Source: an uncultured Phycisphaeraceae bacterium (GTDB taxonomy: Bacteria; Planctomycetota; Phycisphaerae; Phycisphaerales; UBA1924). From it: 64,000 nucleotides of DNA. Under the pieces are notes generated by a model. The model worked only from the letters and a program-made list of their open reading frames with translations. It was not told where the DNA came from and made no database searches. The stretch spans positions 2,571 through 66,570 of the forward strand of contig CAZMCC010000001.1 in assembly GCA_964564695.1 (NCBI GenBank). The letters run 5' to 3'. The position numbers and the translations under genes are program-made. Of the stretch, positions 18,188-26,894 are shown piece by piece. How positions within the stretch are numbered: the first letter of the stretch is position 1; each line of letters opens with the position of its first letter.

Positions 18188-19294
18188 ATGACGACTCGAA
18201 CCCTCGGTGCGCTCGCGGCCTGCCTCGCTGTCCAGTCGGCTCTCGCGGGTCCGCTCGATCCGCCGCCGGGGCCGATCACGTCGACGCTCAAGCCGCTGAC
18301 GGAGGTCGAGCCGCGCCTGGCGATCAACTCGTACTACACGCCCGGCGATTTCGACAGCCTCTTCAAGATCACGCAGCCGGGGTCGTACTACCTCACGGCC
18401 GACGTGGCGGGCGTGGTGAACAAGCACGGCATCGAGGTGGCGCTCGTCGCGCCCGGGGCCGTGACGATCGATCTCAACGGGTTCAGCGTCAAGGGCGTGG
18501 CCACTTCGCTGAGCGGGATCGTCGACAGCACGGGGTACGTCGTGCTGCATGTGCGCAACGGCACGGTGAACGGCTGGCCCGGCATCGGCGTTGACGGGGC
18601 CCAGACGGTCGATCGCCTCGTCGTCGCGGGCAACGGCGCCCTGGGCATCTACGCGCAGGCGGCCGCGACCGTGACCAACTGCATCGTCTCGGCCAATGGC
18701 GCCAACGGGGGCTACGGCGTCGACGCCGGGCCGGGGTCGATCATCGCCGACTGCATCGTGCAGTTCAACGGCGGCACGAGCGGCGGGGGCGGCATCGCCG
18801 CCGGCGACAATTCGCAGGTCCGCCGCTGCACGGTCACGTCGAACGCGGCGGCGCTCTCGGCGGCCATGGGGTTCGGGATCTATGTCGGGTACGACTGCGA
18901 CGTCGCCGATTGTCGCGTCGACAACAACGGTTCAGGGGCGTCGACCTCGAGCTCCGGCATCAACGCGGGCGAGGGCACGAGCGTCACGGGGTGCCGGCTG
19001 TACGGGAACTTCGGCGGGGGCATCCGGTCGGGCGGCGAGGGGATCATCTCGGGGAACGCCGTGGGGTATTCGAACGGCATCGGGATCATCATCGCCGGCA
19101 ACCGGGCGCGGGTGGAGGCGAACCACCTCTTCAGCAATTCGTCGGGCGGCGTGCGGGTGGAGGGTACGGGGTGCACGGTGGTGCGCAACTCGGTGAAGGG
19201 CACGTCGCCGTACTCGATCCCGGGCGGGAACGACGCGGGTCCGGTGGGCACGGCGGCGACGGCGACGAGCCCGTGGTCGAACATCGCGAACTGA
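18188..19294 (+). CDS. Secreted parallel beta-helix repeat protein, GPLDPP family copy 1
   Basis: Signal peptide MTTRTLGALAACLAVQSALA, then GPLDPPPGPITSTLKPLTEVEPRLAINSYYTPGDFDSLFKITQPGSYYLT and VTIDLNGFSV. About 21-aa PbH1-like repeats with a periodic Cys (NCIVSANGANGGYG, DCIVQFNGG, RCTVTSN, DCRVDNN). The C-terminus is the ATSPWSNIAN variant. Confidence 0.8.
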   Translation: MTTRTLGALAACLAVQSALAGPLDPPPGPITSTLKPLTEVEPRLAINSYYTPGDFDSLFKITQPGSYYLTADVAGVVNKHGIEVALVAPGAVTIDLNGFSVKGVATSLSGIVDSTGYVVLHVRNGTVNGWPGIGVDGAQTVDRLVVAGNGALGIYAQAAATVTNCIVSANGANGGYGVDAGPGSIIADCIVQFNGGTSGGGGIAAGDNSQVRRCTVTSNAAALSAAMGFGIYVGYDCDVADCRVDNNGSGASTSSSGINAGEGTSVTGCRLYGNFGGGIRSGGEGIISGNAVGYSNGIGIIIAGNRARVEANHLFSNSSGGVRVEGTGCTVVRNSVKGTSPYSIPGGNDAGPVGTAATATSPWSNIAN

Positions 19295-19410
19295 GTGGCG
19301 GCCCCGGGGCGTCGTCTCGGGGCCGGCAAGAGTTCCTTTCGTAGATTCTTCATTGTCATACCCCCTCATCGCCTGTACATTCACAGCGTCCCGCGAGGAG
19401 AGGCGACGCA

Positions 19411-20583
19411 ATGGACAGCGCGTTTTGTAGCCGAGGGCTGGCGGCCCTTACCCAGCTTGCCATCGCCATGTGCCTGCTGGGCGGCCCCCTTGACCCACCG
19501 GCGGGTCCGATCGCGCCAACGCCGGGGTCCGAGCCCCGGATCGCGATCAACGCCACGAACACTCCCGGAGACGCCGACAGCCTCTTCAAGGTCACCCAGC
19601 ACGGGTCCTACTACCTCGCTGTTCCGATCACCGGCGTCGCCGGCAGGAGCGGCATCGAGATCGCCACGTCCAACGGCGTCACGATCGACCTCATGGGGTA
19701 CTCGCTCCAGGGCGTCGCGGGCTCGTTCCACGGCATCTCCACCTCCGGCGTGCACGGGCTCATCATCATCCGCAACGGCTGGGTCGGCGGGTGGGGCTCC
19801 CACGCCATCGAACTGAATGGGGGCTTCACCGGCGAGGTCTCGACCGTCGAGAACGTCCACGTCATGTATAACGGCGGATGGAGCGTTCGCGCCGCGACCC
19901 GGGCCACGATCCGCGATTGCGTGGCGTCCGGCAACGCCGTCGGCTTTCAGGCCCAGCAGCACTCGCTCATCGTCCGGTGCACCGCGCGCAACAACAACGG
20001 GACCGGGACCCAAGCCGGGTCGACGGTCTCCGAGTGCGTCGCCGACGCCAACCTGCGTGGGTTCAGCTTCAGCGGGGGGAGCACCGCCATCGGCTGCACC
20101 GCGGCCAACAACGTCAACGACGGCTTCGAAGTCTCCGGCGCCGTCCTCACCTCGTGCGCCGCGAACAACAACGGGGGGAGCGGGTTCGCCTGCGGCAACG
20201 GCTGCACCATCGACAACTGCGTGGCCTACAGCAACACCAGCCACGGCATCTCCCGTGAATCGAGCTGCGTCATCCGCAACAACCTCGCGAACCTGAACGG
20301 GAACTCGTCGGGCAGCGGCGCGAACATCCGTGTTGCCCAGGGGTCCAACCGCGTCGAAGGGAACAACTGCATCGGCGGCGACTGGGGGATCCAGGCGCTG
20401 GGCGCGGGGAACGTCATCGTCCGCAATACCTGCCGCGGGAACACGCTGAACTGGAGCATCGCGGCCAACAACGTCGTCGTCCCCATCATCAACCGGACCG
20501 CGCCGGCGAGCGGCGCCATCAGCGGCGATTCCGGGCCGAGCTCGCTGGGCTCGACCGATGCGAACGCGAACTACACATATTGA
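19411..20583 (+). CDS. Secreted parallel beta-helix repeat protein, GPLDPP family copy 2
   Basis: GGPLDPPAGPIAPTPGSEPRIAINATNTPGDADSLFKVTQHGSYYLA. Repeats DCVASGN, RCTARNN, ECVADAN, GCTAANN, SCAANNN, NCVAYSN. C-terminal module NRTAPASGAISGDSGPSSLGSTDANANYTY. Confidence 0.8.
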   Translation: MDSAFCSRGLAALTQLAIAMCLLGGPLDPPAGPIAPTPGSEPRIAINATNTPGDADSLFKVTQHGSYYLAVPITGVAGRSGIEIATSNGVTIDLMGYSLQGVAGSFHGISTSGVHGLIIIRNGWVGGWGSHAIELNGGFTGEVSTVENVHVMYNGGWSVRAATRATIRDCVASGNAVGFQAQQHSLIVRCTARNNNGTGTQAGSTVSECVADANLRGFSFSGGSTAIGCTAANNVNDGFEVSGAVLTSCAANNNGGSGFACGNGCTIDNCVAYSNTSHGISRESSCVIRNNLANLNGNSSGSGANIRVAQGSNRVEGNNCIGGDWGIQALGAGNVIVRNTCRGNTLNWSIAANNVVVPIINRTAPASGAISGDSGPSSLGSTDANANYTY

Positions 20584-20608
20584 CCGTCAATTCCGAAGGA
20601 GGACATCC

Positions 20609-21844
20609 ATGCACCGTTTCGCTGCCCTTGTCGCACTTGTCTGTGCCTGCACTCTCGCCCTCGCCGGCCCGCTCGACCCCCCCGCGGGTCCGATCGCGCC
20701 CACCGCCAAACCCCTTGCCGAGGTTGAGCCGCGGATCGCGATCAACGCGACGAACACGCCCGGCGACGCGGACAGCCTCTTCAAGATCACCCAGCCGGGC
20801 TCGTACTACCTCACTGGAAACATCACCGGCGTCGCCGCCAAGAGCGGGATCGAAATTGACGCCCCCCGCGTGACCATCGACCTCAACGGGTTCACGCTCG
20901 CCGGCGTCGCCGGATCCCTTGACGGCATCGTCACCTCCACCAACAACAGCCAGATCGTCATCCGTAACGGCTCGTTCACAGGCTGGGGCGGCAGCGGCAT
21001 CAATTTCCCGGGCGTCACGTCGATGGGCGTCGTAGAGGCCGTCACGTCCGTCAACAACGGCGACGCCGGCATCCGTGCCGGAACGTCGTTTTCGCTCTTA
21101 CACTGCTCGGTCCGGAGCAACGGCGGCATCGGCATCGATGCCGGTATCTACAGCACCCTGATCAACTGCTCGGCGTCTTTCAATGACGGCGCAGGCATCA
21201 ACGCCAGTTCGGCTTCGACACTGATCAACTGTTCCTCGGCGAACAACAGTGTCGGATTTGATATCGGCGCCGGCTGCACGCTCTCCAATTGCTCCGCGAT
21301 CAGCAGCGACGGCTTCGGGTTCGTGACAGCGCAGGGGTGCACGCTTTCCGCCTGCGGCGCCTGGAACAACCAGGGCGGCGGGTTCAACGTCGATACCGGC
21401 GGGACCGTCACCCATTGCACATCGCACCAGAACGTCGGCATCGGCATCATCGCCGGCGCTGCCAGCAAGATCACCGACTGCACGGTCTCGAGCAACAACC
21501 TCGACGGCATCTCTGTCTCCAGCGACTGCCATGTGCGGGGCAACACCAGCGACAGCAATGGCGCGGGGACCACCGACGGCGCCGCCATCCAGGTCACCGG
21601 AAGCGACAACCGCATCGAGGGCAACAACTGCACGGACTCCGACCGCGGCATCGATGTGGACGTCGCCGGCAACGTCATCATCAGGAACACCTGCTCGGGC
21701 AACACCATCAACTGGACGATCGCGGCCAACAACGTCTGCGGCCCCATCCTCAACCGCACCGCCCCCGCCAGCGCCGCCATCAGCGGCGACTCGGCTCCCA
21801 GCTCGCTGGGCTCCACCGACGCGAACGCGAATTACACGTACTGA
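20609..21844 (+). CDS. Secreted parallel beta-helix repeat protein, GPLDPP family copy 3
   Basis: An RBS (ggagga, 20597-20602) precedes the ATG at 20609. MHRFAALVALVCACTLALAGPLDPPAGPIAPTAKPLAEVEPRIAINATNTPGDADSLFKITQPGSYYLTGN. At least six consecutive 21-aa repeats (INCSASFNDGAGINASSASTL and so on). C-terminus NRTAPASAAISGDSAPSSLGSTDANANYTY. Confidence 0.85.
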   Translation: MHRFAALVALVCACTLALAGPLDPPAGPIAPTAKPLAEVEPRIAINATNTPGDADSLFKITQPGSYYLTGNITGVAAKSGIEIDAPRVTIDLNGFTLAGVAGSLDGIVTSTNNSQIVIRNGSFTGWGGSGINFPGVTSMGVVEAVTSVNNGDAGIRAGTSFSLLHCSVRSNGGIGIDAGIYSTLINCSASFNDGAGINASSASTLINCSSANNSVGFDIGAGCTLSNCSAISSDGFGFVTAQGCTLSACGAWNNQGGGFNVDTGGTVTHCTSHQNVGIGIIAGAASKITDCTVSSNNLDGISVSSDCHVRGNTSDSNGAGTTDGAAIQVTGSDNRIEGNNCTDSDRGIDVDVAGNVIIRNTCSGNTINWTIAANNVCGPILNRTAPASAAISGDSAPSSLGSTDANANYTY

Positions 21845-21934
21845 CGTTCAGCCTCACCCCCCGGTTGTGGGGCTTGCGGCCGGCGCGCTGGCGCGGTAGG
21901 TTCCGACCGCCCAATCGCCCAGGGAGATTGAGAG

Positions 21935-22954
21935 ATGAAGACGTCCCCGTCCATTGGCCGCGCGATCGTCGCGCTCCTGCTCGCGCCCGTCGCTGCCCTC
22001 GCGGGCCCGCTCGATCCGCCCGCCGGTCCGATCGCGTCGACCGCCAAGCCGCTCGCCGAGGTCGAACCGCGGACGGTCGTGAACGCGACGAACACTCCGG
22101 GCGACGCCGATGCGAGCCCGAGCCTGTTCAAGATCACGCAGAGCGGCTCGTATTACCTCACCGGCAACGTCACCGGCGTTTCCGGCAAGATCGGGATCGA
22201 GATCGACGCCGACTCGGTCACGCTCGATCTCTGCGGGTTCGAGCTGCGGGGCGTCGCGGGCACGCTCGACGGCGTCCGTGTGACGCCCGGCCGGCGCGCC
22301 GTCACCGTTCGCAACGGCTCGCTGAAGGGGTGGAAGGGCGCCGCCGTCAACGCCGTGGGCGGACCCAACGCCGACGCCTGCCTGTACCAGGACCTGCGGG
22401 CCGTCGACAACGGCACCGACGAATTCAGCTACATCATCGACGTCGGCGGCGCGAGCACCGTCGTGAACTGCGTCGTCGCGTTCAACGCCGGCACCGGCAT
22501 CCGGGGCAACAACGGCACGCTCATCAGCGGCTGCGCCGTCAGCAGCAACTCCGGCGACGGCATCATCTGCGGCGCGGGGACCGTCAAAGACTGCCTCGCC
22601 CGCGGCAACGTGTTCGACGGCATCCGCGCCGGGGCCGCGTCGGTGATCACCGGTTGCTCGGCGACCGCGAACAGCGGCGCCGGGATCACCATCCACGACG
22701 CCACCATTGCTCGCGACAACGCGTGCCTGGGCAACGGCTGGGGCATCTATATCTACAGCGACGGGAGCACCGCCGACGGAAACACCCTCGCGGGCAACGC
22801 CGTGGGCGTCGAGATCGTCGACCCCGGCAACGTGTTCACGCGCAACACGCTGCGGGGCAACACCGTGCGCGACACGGTCGTTGCGGGCAACGACGTCGGG
22901 CCGTTCCAGTCTGCGGCGACGTCGATGAGCCCGTGGGCGAATCTGGCGCCCTGA
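21935..22954 (+). CDS. Secreted parallel beta-helix repeat protein, GPLDPP family copy 4
   Basis: ALAGPLDPPAGPIASTAKPLAEVEPRTVVNATNTPGDADASPSLFKITQSGSYYLTGN. It has a shorter core and the C-terminal variant SAATSMSPWANLAP, as in copy 1. Confidence 0.8.
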   Translation: MKTSPSIGRAIVALLLAPVAALAGPLDPPAGPIASTAKPLAEVEPRTVVNATNTPGDADASPSLFKITQSGSYYLTGNVTGVSGKIGIEIDADSVTLDLCGFELRGVAGTLDGVRVTPGRRAVTVRNGSLKGWKGAAVNAVGGPNADACLYQDLRAVDNGTDEFSYIIDVGGASTVVNCVVAFNAGTGIRGNNGTLISGCAVSSNSGDGIICGAGTVKDCLARGNVFDGIRAGAASVITGCSATANSGAGITIHDATIARDNACLGNGWGIYIYSDGSTADGNTLAGNAVGVEIVDPGNVFTRNTLRGNTVRDTVVAGNDVGPFQSAATSMSPWANLAP

Positions 22955-23027
22955 CGCGCGGCCGTAGAGGCCCATTGTGCGGCGCAGCCATCGTGGTACA
23001 TTGACCGCACGCCCGAGGAGGTGCCCA

Positions 23028-24122
23028 ATGTGCCGTGCGCGTCGTGCTGTCGTCGTCGCCGCCCTTGCCGCGCTTGTCCCGTGTTCCCAGCTTCACGCCG
23101 GCCCGCTCGACCCGCCGCCTGGCCCGATCGCGTCCACGCCAAAGCCGCTTGCCGAGCTCGAACCGCGCATCGCTATCAATTCGACGAACACCCCCGGCGA
23201 CGCCATCAGCGTCTTCCGGATTCCGGGGTGCGGGTCGTACTACCTCACCTCCAACGTCGCGGGTCAGCCCGGCAAGCACGCCATCTTCGCTCCCGCGTTC
23301 CCCGGCGGAGGCGAGGTCACTATCGATCTCAACGGCTTCACACTCACCGGTGTGCCGGGGTCGCTCAACGGCGTCAACGCCGCGGGCACCGTCAACGTCC
23401 GCAACGGCGCCGCCAATCTCTGGGGCGGTGCCGGGATCAGCGTCTCGCGCGGCATCCTCCGCGACCTTCACGTCTCCACCAACGCCGGGCACGGCCTGGT
23501 CGCGAACTGGGGCGTCGTCATCTCGCACTGTGTCGCGGAGGGCAACGGCGCTAACGGCATCCACGTCTCCGACGTCTCGCGCATCGAGTCGTGCGTCTCG
23601 AAGGTCAACACCGGCGAGGGCATCCACCTCGACGGGGCCGGCACCGTTGCCGATTGCGTCGTGTACAACAACGCCGCCGGCGGCATCATCGCCGGCCTCG
23701 CCTCGCAGGTCACGGACGGCACCGTCTTCTCGGTCCCGACCGACGCGATCCGCGTCTCGCACGGCTCGAGCGTGGCCCGAAACTCGATCGCGTCCGCGGG
23801 CGTCGGCGTCCGTGTCACCGGCGATGCGTGCCGCATCGAGGCCAACTCGGTGGTGTTCGGCGTCGTCGGCATCCGCATCGAGAGCGCGGGGTCGCGCGTC
23901 GAGGGCAACTCGGTGAGCCGCGGCGGCACGGGGATCAGCGTGTCACCGGGCGTCGGCAACATCATCGTCCGCAACACCTGCTCGGGGAACACGACGAACT
24001 GGGACGTCGTCGCCGGGAACATCTGCCTGGTCGTGCAGGCGGCGGTAAGCGGGGCGGTCAGCGGCAACGCCGGGGGCGTCCCCCTGGGCTCGACCGACCC
24101 GAACGCCAACTTCACCCACTGA
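23028..24122 (+). CDS. Secreted parallel beta-helix repeat protein, GPLDPP family copy 5
   Basis: RBS gaggagg at 23015-23021, ATG at 23028. MCRARRAVVVAALAALVPCSQLHAGPLDPPPGPIASTPKPLAELEPRIAINSTNTPGDAISVFRIPGCGSYYLT. C-terminus SGNAGGVPLGSTDPNANFTH. Confidence 0.8.
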   Translation: MCRARRAVVVAALAALVPCSQLHAGPLDPPPGPIASTPKPLAELEPRIAINSTNTPGDAISVFRIPGCGSYYLTSNVAGQPGKHAIFAPAFPGGGEVTIDLNGFTLTGVPGSLNGVNAAGTVNVRNGAANLWGGAGISVSRGILRDLHVSTNAGHGLVANWGVVISHCVAEGNGANGIHVSDVSRIESCVSKVNTGEGIHLDGAGTVADCVVYNNAAGGIIAGLASQVTDGTVFSVPTDAIRVSHGSSVARNSIASAGVGVRVTGDACRIEANSVVFGVVGIRIESAGSRVEGNSVSRGGTGISVSPGVGNIIVRNTCSGNTTNWDVVAGNICLVVQAAVSGAVSGNAGGVPLGSTDPNANFTH

Positions 24123-24266
24123 ACTTTCGGCCCTTCCACGCCCACTCGCCCGAGCCCACCGCATCCGCCGTCGCCACCTACCATCGTGCCGATGTCCTCC
24201 ACCACCGCTCCGTCCCGCCCCGTCGTCGTCCCCGCCGACGCGGCTTCCAAGTCCACGCCCACCACC

Positions 24267-25304
24267 ATGCGCGCACTCGTCAAGCACCACGCCGGCCCAG
24301 AGCTCAAGCTCGACGCCAATCGTCCCGTCCCCACCCCCGGCCCCCGCGACGTGCTCATCCGCGTCAAAAAGGTCGGCATCTGCGGCACCGACCGGCACAT
24401 CTGGGAATGGGACGCCTGGGCCGCCGGGCGCATCCCCGTCGGCATCGTGACCGGGCACGAGTTCGTCGGCATCGTCGAGAAGGTCGGCTCGGCCGTCACC
24501 AAGTACCAGCCGGGCCAGCGCGTCAGCGCCGAGGGCCACATCTCCCCGATGGTCGGCTACAACGCCCGCACCGGCAACGCCCACATCGCGAGCGACATGG
24601 TCATCCTCGGCGTCGATCGCGACGGCGTCTTCGCCGACTACGTCTGCGTCCCCGAGGACAACGTGTGGCCCGTGCACCCGGGCATCCCGGATAAGGTCGC
24701 GGCCGTGCTGGACCCGCTCGGCAACGCCGTGCACACCGTGATGTCCGCGGGCGTCTCCGCCAAGACCGTGCTCGTGACGGGCGTGGGCATCATCGGCCTC
24801 ATGGCGGTGACGGTGGCGAAGGCCGCGGGCGCCAGCCGCATCTTCGCGGTCGACATCGACCCCAAGCGACTCGCGCTTGCCAAGAAGCTCGGCGCCGTCG
24901 AGGCGTTCGACGCCCGCGACGCGTCGTGGGTGAAGACTCTCCGGGCCGACACCCGCGGCGACGGGCCCGACGTGCTCCTCGAAATGTCCGGCGCCCCCTC
25001 CGCGATCGACGCGGGCTTCAGCGCCCTGCGCTTCGGCGGGACGGCCGCGCTGCTGGGCATCCCCTCGCGCCCGATCACGTTCGACCTCACCAGCCACGTC
25101 GTCTTCAAGGGCGCGACGGTGCTGGGGATCAACGGTCGCAAGATGTTCGAGACGTGGTACCAGATGGAGGCGCTTTTGCTCTCGGGCCGCCTCGAGCTCG
25201 ACGAGATCATCACCCACGAGATCCCGCTCGAAGACTTCGCCAGGGGCTTCAAGCTCATGCAGACGGGCGAGGGGATCAAGATTGTGATGAGCGTGTCGCC
25301 CTGA
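24267..25304 (+). CDS. tdh: L-threonine 3-dehydrogenase (zinc-dependent MDR family)
   Basis: MRALVKHHAGPELKLDANRPVPTPGPRDVLIRVKKVGICGTDRHIWEWDAWAAGRIPVGIVTGHEFVGIVEKVG is near-collinear with enterobacterial Tdh. The internal ATG at 24267 gives a 345-aa protein; the ORF extends to 24186. Confidence 0.85.
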   Translation: MRALVKHHAGPELKLDANRPVPTPGPRDVLIRVKKVGICGTDRHIWEWDAWAAGRIPVGIVTGHEFVGIVEKVGSAVTKYQPGQRVSAEGHISPMVGYNARTGNAHIASDMVILGVDRDGVFADYVCVPEDNVWPVHPGIPDKVAAVLDPLGNAVHTVMSAGVSAKTVLVTGVGIIGLMAVTVAKAAGASRIFAVDIDPKRLALAKKLGAVEAFDARDASWVKTLRADTRGDGPDVLLEMSGAPSAIDAGFSALRFGGTAALLGIPSRPITFDLTSHVVFKGATVLGINGRKMFETWYQMEALLLSGRLELDEIITHEIPLEDFARGFKLMQTGEGIKIVMSVSP

Positions 25305-25307
25305 TTG

Positions 25308-25329
25308 TGTCAACTTCTGAAAGTTGACA
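25308..25329. promoter_or_regulatory. Perfect 9-bp palindrome (tgtcaactt-ctga-aagttgaca) between the tdh stop and the fic start; operator or terminator hairpin
   Basis: Seen directly at 25308-25316 / 25321-25329 in an AT-rich spacer 44 nt upstream of the fic ATG. The function is inferred only. Confidence 0.35.
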
Positions 25330-25372
25330 AAAGAGAAATGCCGCCTATTCTACCGCGAAAGCGGAGGTAGGC

Positions 25373-26743
25373 ATGCGCATTGAGCGGCCGCCATTGACAT
25401 TTGAGCAAGCGTTTGATCGGCCCTCGCCGGTCGTCGGCGATGCGGAGTCTGGTGCGGTTGCTCGCCTGCTTGCCGATTACCGCCCATGGCGGAAAACCAG
25501 GTACGCCGCGGCGGAACTGGGTTTGGATCCTGAGACGGCCTGGTTGCTCACGAAGCGTGCACGATTCCCCATGTTTCGCCGGGTGAGCCTGCCGCGGGCG
25601 GAGGGGGGGCGCTTCGGTCTGACACACACCCCACAGATGGCCGAATCGCTCCTGCTCATCGACAGAAGCACCGGCGTGGTCGGCACGCCGAGGGTCCGGC
25701 AGAACCTCACGCTGCACAAGCGGCTGCTCGCCCTTGCCAAGGACGGCCAGCTCACCGCCCCCCGGCGGGTCCGCACGGACATGGAGGAAGCCGCGGAGTC
25801 GGCGATCATCGAAGGTGCGTCCGGTACGCGCCAGGAGGCGATCGAACTCCTGCGCTCCGGACGTCGACCGAAGTCGATTTCAGAGCGCATGGTCATCAAC
25901 AATTACATGACCATGCAGCGTATCAAGGAGCTGGTGGACACCCCGCTCAGCCCGGCGCTGATCCTTGAGCTTCAAGAGTTGATCACTGAGGGCACTCTCG
26001 ACGACCCGGCGGAGGCTGGGCGCTTTCGGCGGGCCGAACAACCGGTCCGCATCGTCGATACTCGGGACGAAACGGTCATCTTCGAGCCGCCTCACGCCGC
26101 GCTCGTTGTTGACTACGTGACACGCCTCTGCAAATTCGCCAACACGGACCACGCGGGCGCCGACTTCCTTCATCCCGTTATCAAGGCGGCGATTCTCCAC
26201 TTCATGATCGGATACATCCATCCGTTTGCGGACGGCAACGGGCGCACCGCGCGGGCGATGTTCTACTGGTTCGCCCTCCGACATGGGTACACGCTCTTCG
26301 AGTACCTTTCCATCTCTGAAGTCATCCGCAAGGGTTACGCGCGTTACCCACAGGCGTACGTCGACGTTGAAACGGACGACGGTGACCTGACGTATTTCGT
26401 CCTGTACAAGTTGGACATCATCTCGCAGGCGCTGGACCGGCTTGCGGAAAAGCTCGCTCTGGACGCCGAGAAGATCAAGCTCAGCGAGCGACTGCTCGCA
26501 CTGGCGGAAGGGCTCAATCTCCGGCAGCGACTCCTCTTGGAACATTCCCTCCGCCACCCGCTTACGCAGTACACGGTCAAGACCCACGCAAACTCGAATG
26601 GCATCGTTCTCACCACGGCGCGTGCCGACCTCGAGCAGCTTGTCATTCTCAAACTTCTCGCCACCGCCAAGCGAGGCAAGGAAGTCATCTATATGGCCAC
26701 GCCCAAGCTCACCCAGAGGCTCGCCGCCAAGAGGCTGGTCTGA
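25373..26743 (+). CDS. Fic family protein (class II arrangement: N-terminal inhibitory motif, Fic core, C-terminal wHTH-like region)
   Basis: Fic active-site motif HPFADGNGRTAR at 26219-26254. Upstream [ST]xxxE[GN] motif SAIIEG at 25799-25816. Two hand-counted 60-nt lines give about 57-58% GC, against about 70% in the surroundings. Confidence 0.85.
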   Translation: MRIERPPLTFEQAFDRPSPVVGDAESGAVARLLADYRPWRKTRYAAAELGLDPETAWLLTKRARFPMFRRVSLPRAEGGRFGLTHTPQMAESLLLIDRSTGVVGTPRVRQNLTLHKRLLALAKDGQLTAPRRVRTDMEEAAESAIIEGASGTRQEAIELLRSGRRPKSISERMVINNYMTMQRIKELVDTPLSPALILELQELITEGTLDDPAEAGRFRRAEQPVRIVDTRDETVIFEPPHAALVVDYVTRLCKFANTDHAGADFLHPVIKAAILHFMIGYIHPFADGNGRTARAMFYWFALRHGYTLFEYLSISEVIRKGYARYPQAYVDVETDDGDLTYFVLYKLDIISQALDRLAEKLALDAEKIKLSERLLALAEGLNLRQRLLLEHSLRHPLTQYTVKTHANSNGIVLTTARADLEQLVILKLLATAKRGKEVIYMATPKLTQRLAAKRLV

Positions 26744-26823
26744 TCGTCCGCGTTCCCAGAAGCCATCCACGGGCGAACTTGGTCAACTGACCCCCGATCG
26801 CGAGCAACGCCCCCTCCAAACGA

Positions 26824-26856
26824 CAACACCCCGACGGGCAAGCCGCCGGGGTGTTG
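26824..26856. terminator. Hairpin between the convergent fic and PEP-CTERM genes (putative bidirectional terminator)
   Basis: 10-bp perfect stem caacaccccg (26824-26833) / cggggtgttg (26847-26856) with a 13-nt loop. It is followed by the T-containing tgatgttgatg on the + strand. Confidence 0.5.
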
Positions 26857-26894
26857 TGATGTTGATGCCTAATTACCCGAAATCCCGAGGTCGA

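Noticed and set aside
18188-24122. Possible CRISPR-like or DGR-like periodicity in the beta-helix array
   Set aside because: The periodicity is a 63-nt coding repeat (21-aa coils) with divergent units, not identical direct repeats with spacers. No reverse transcriptase or template repeat with adenine-specific mismatches is present in the window.
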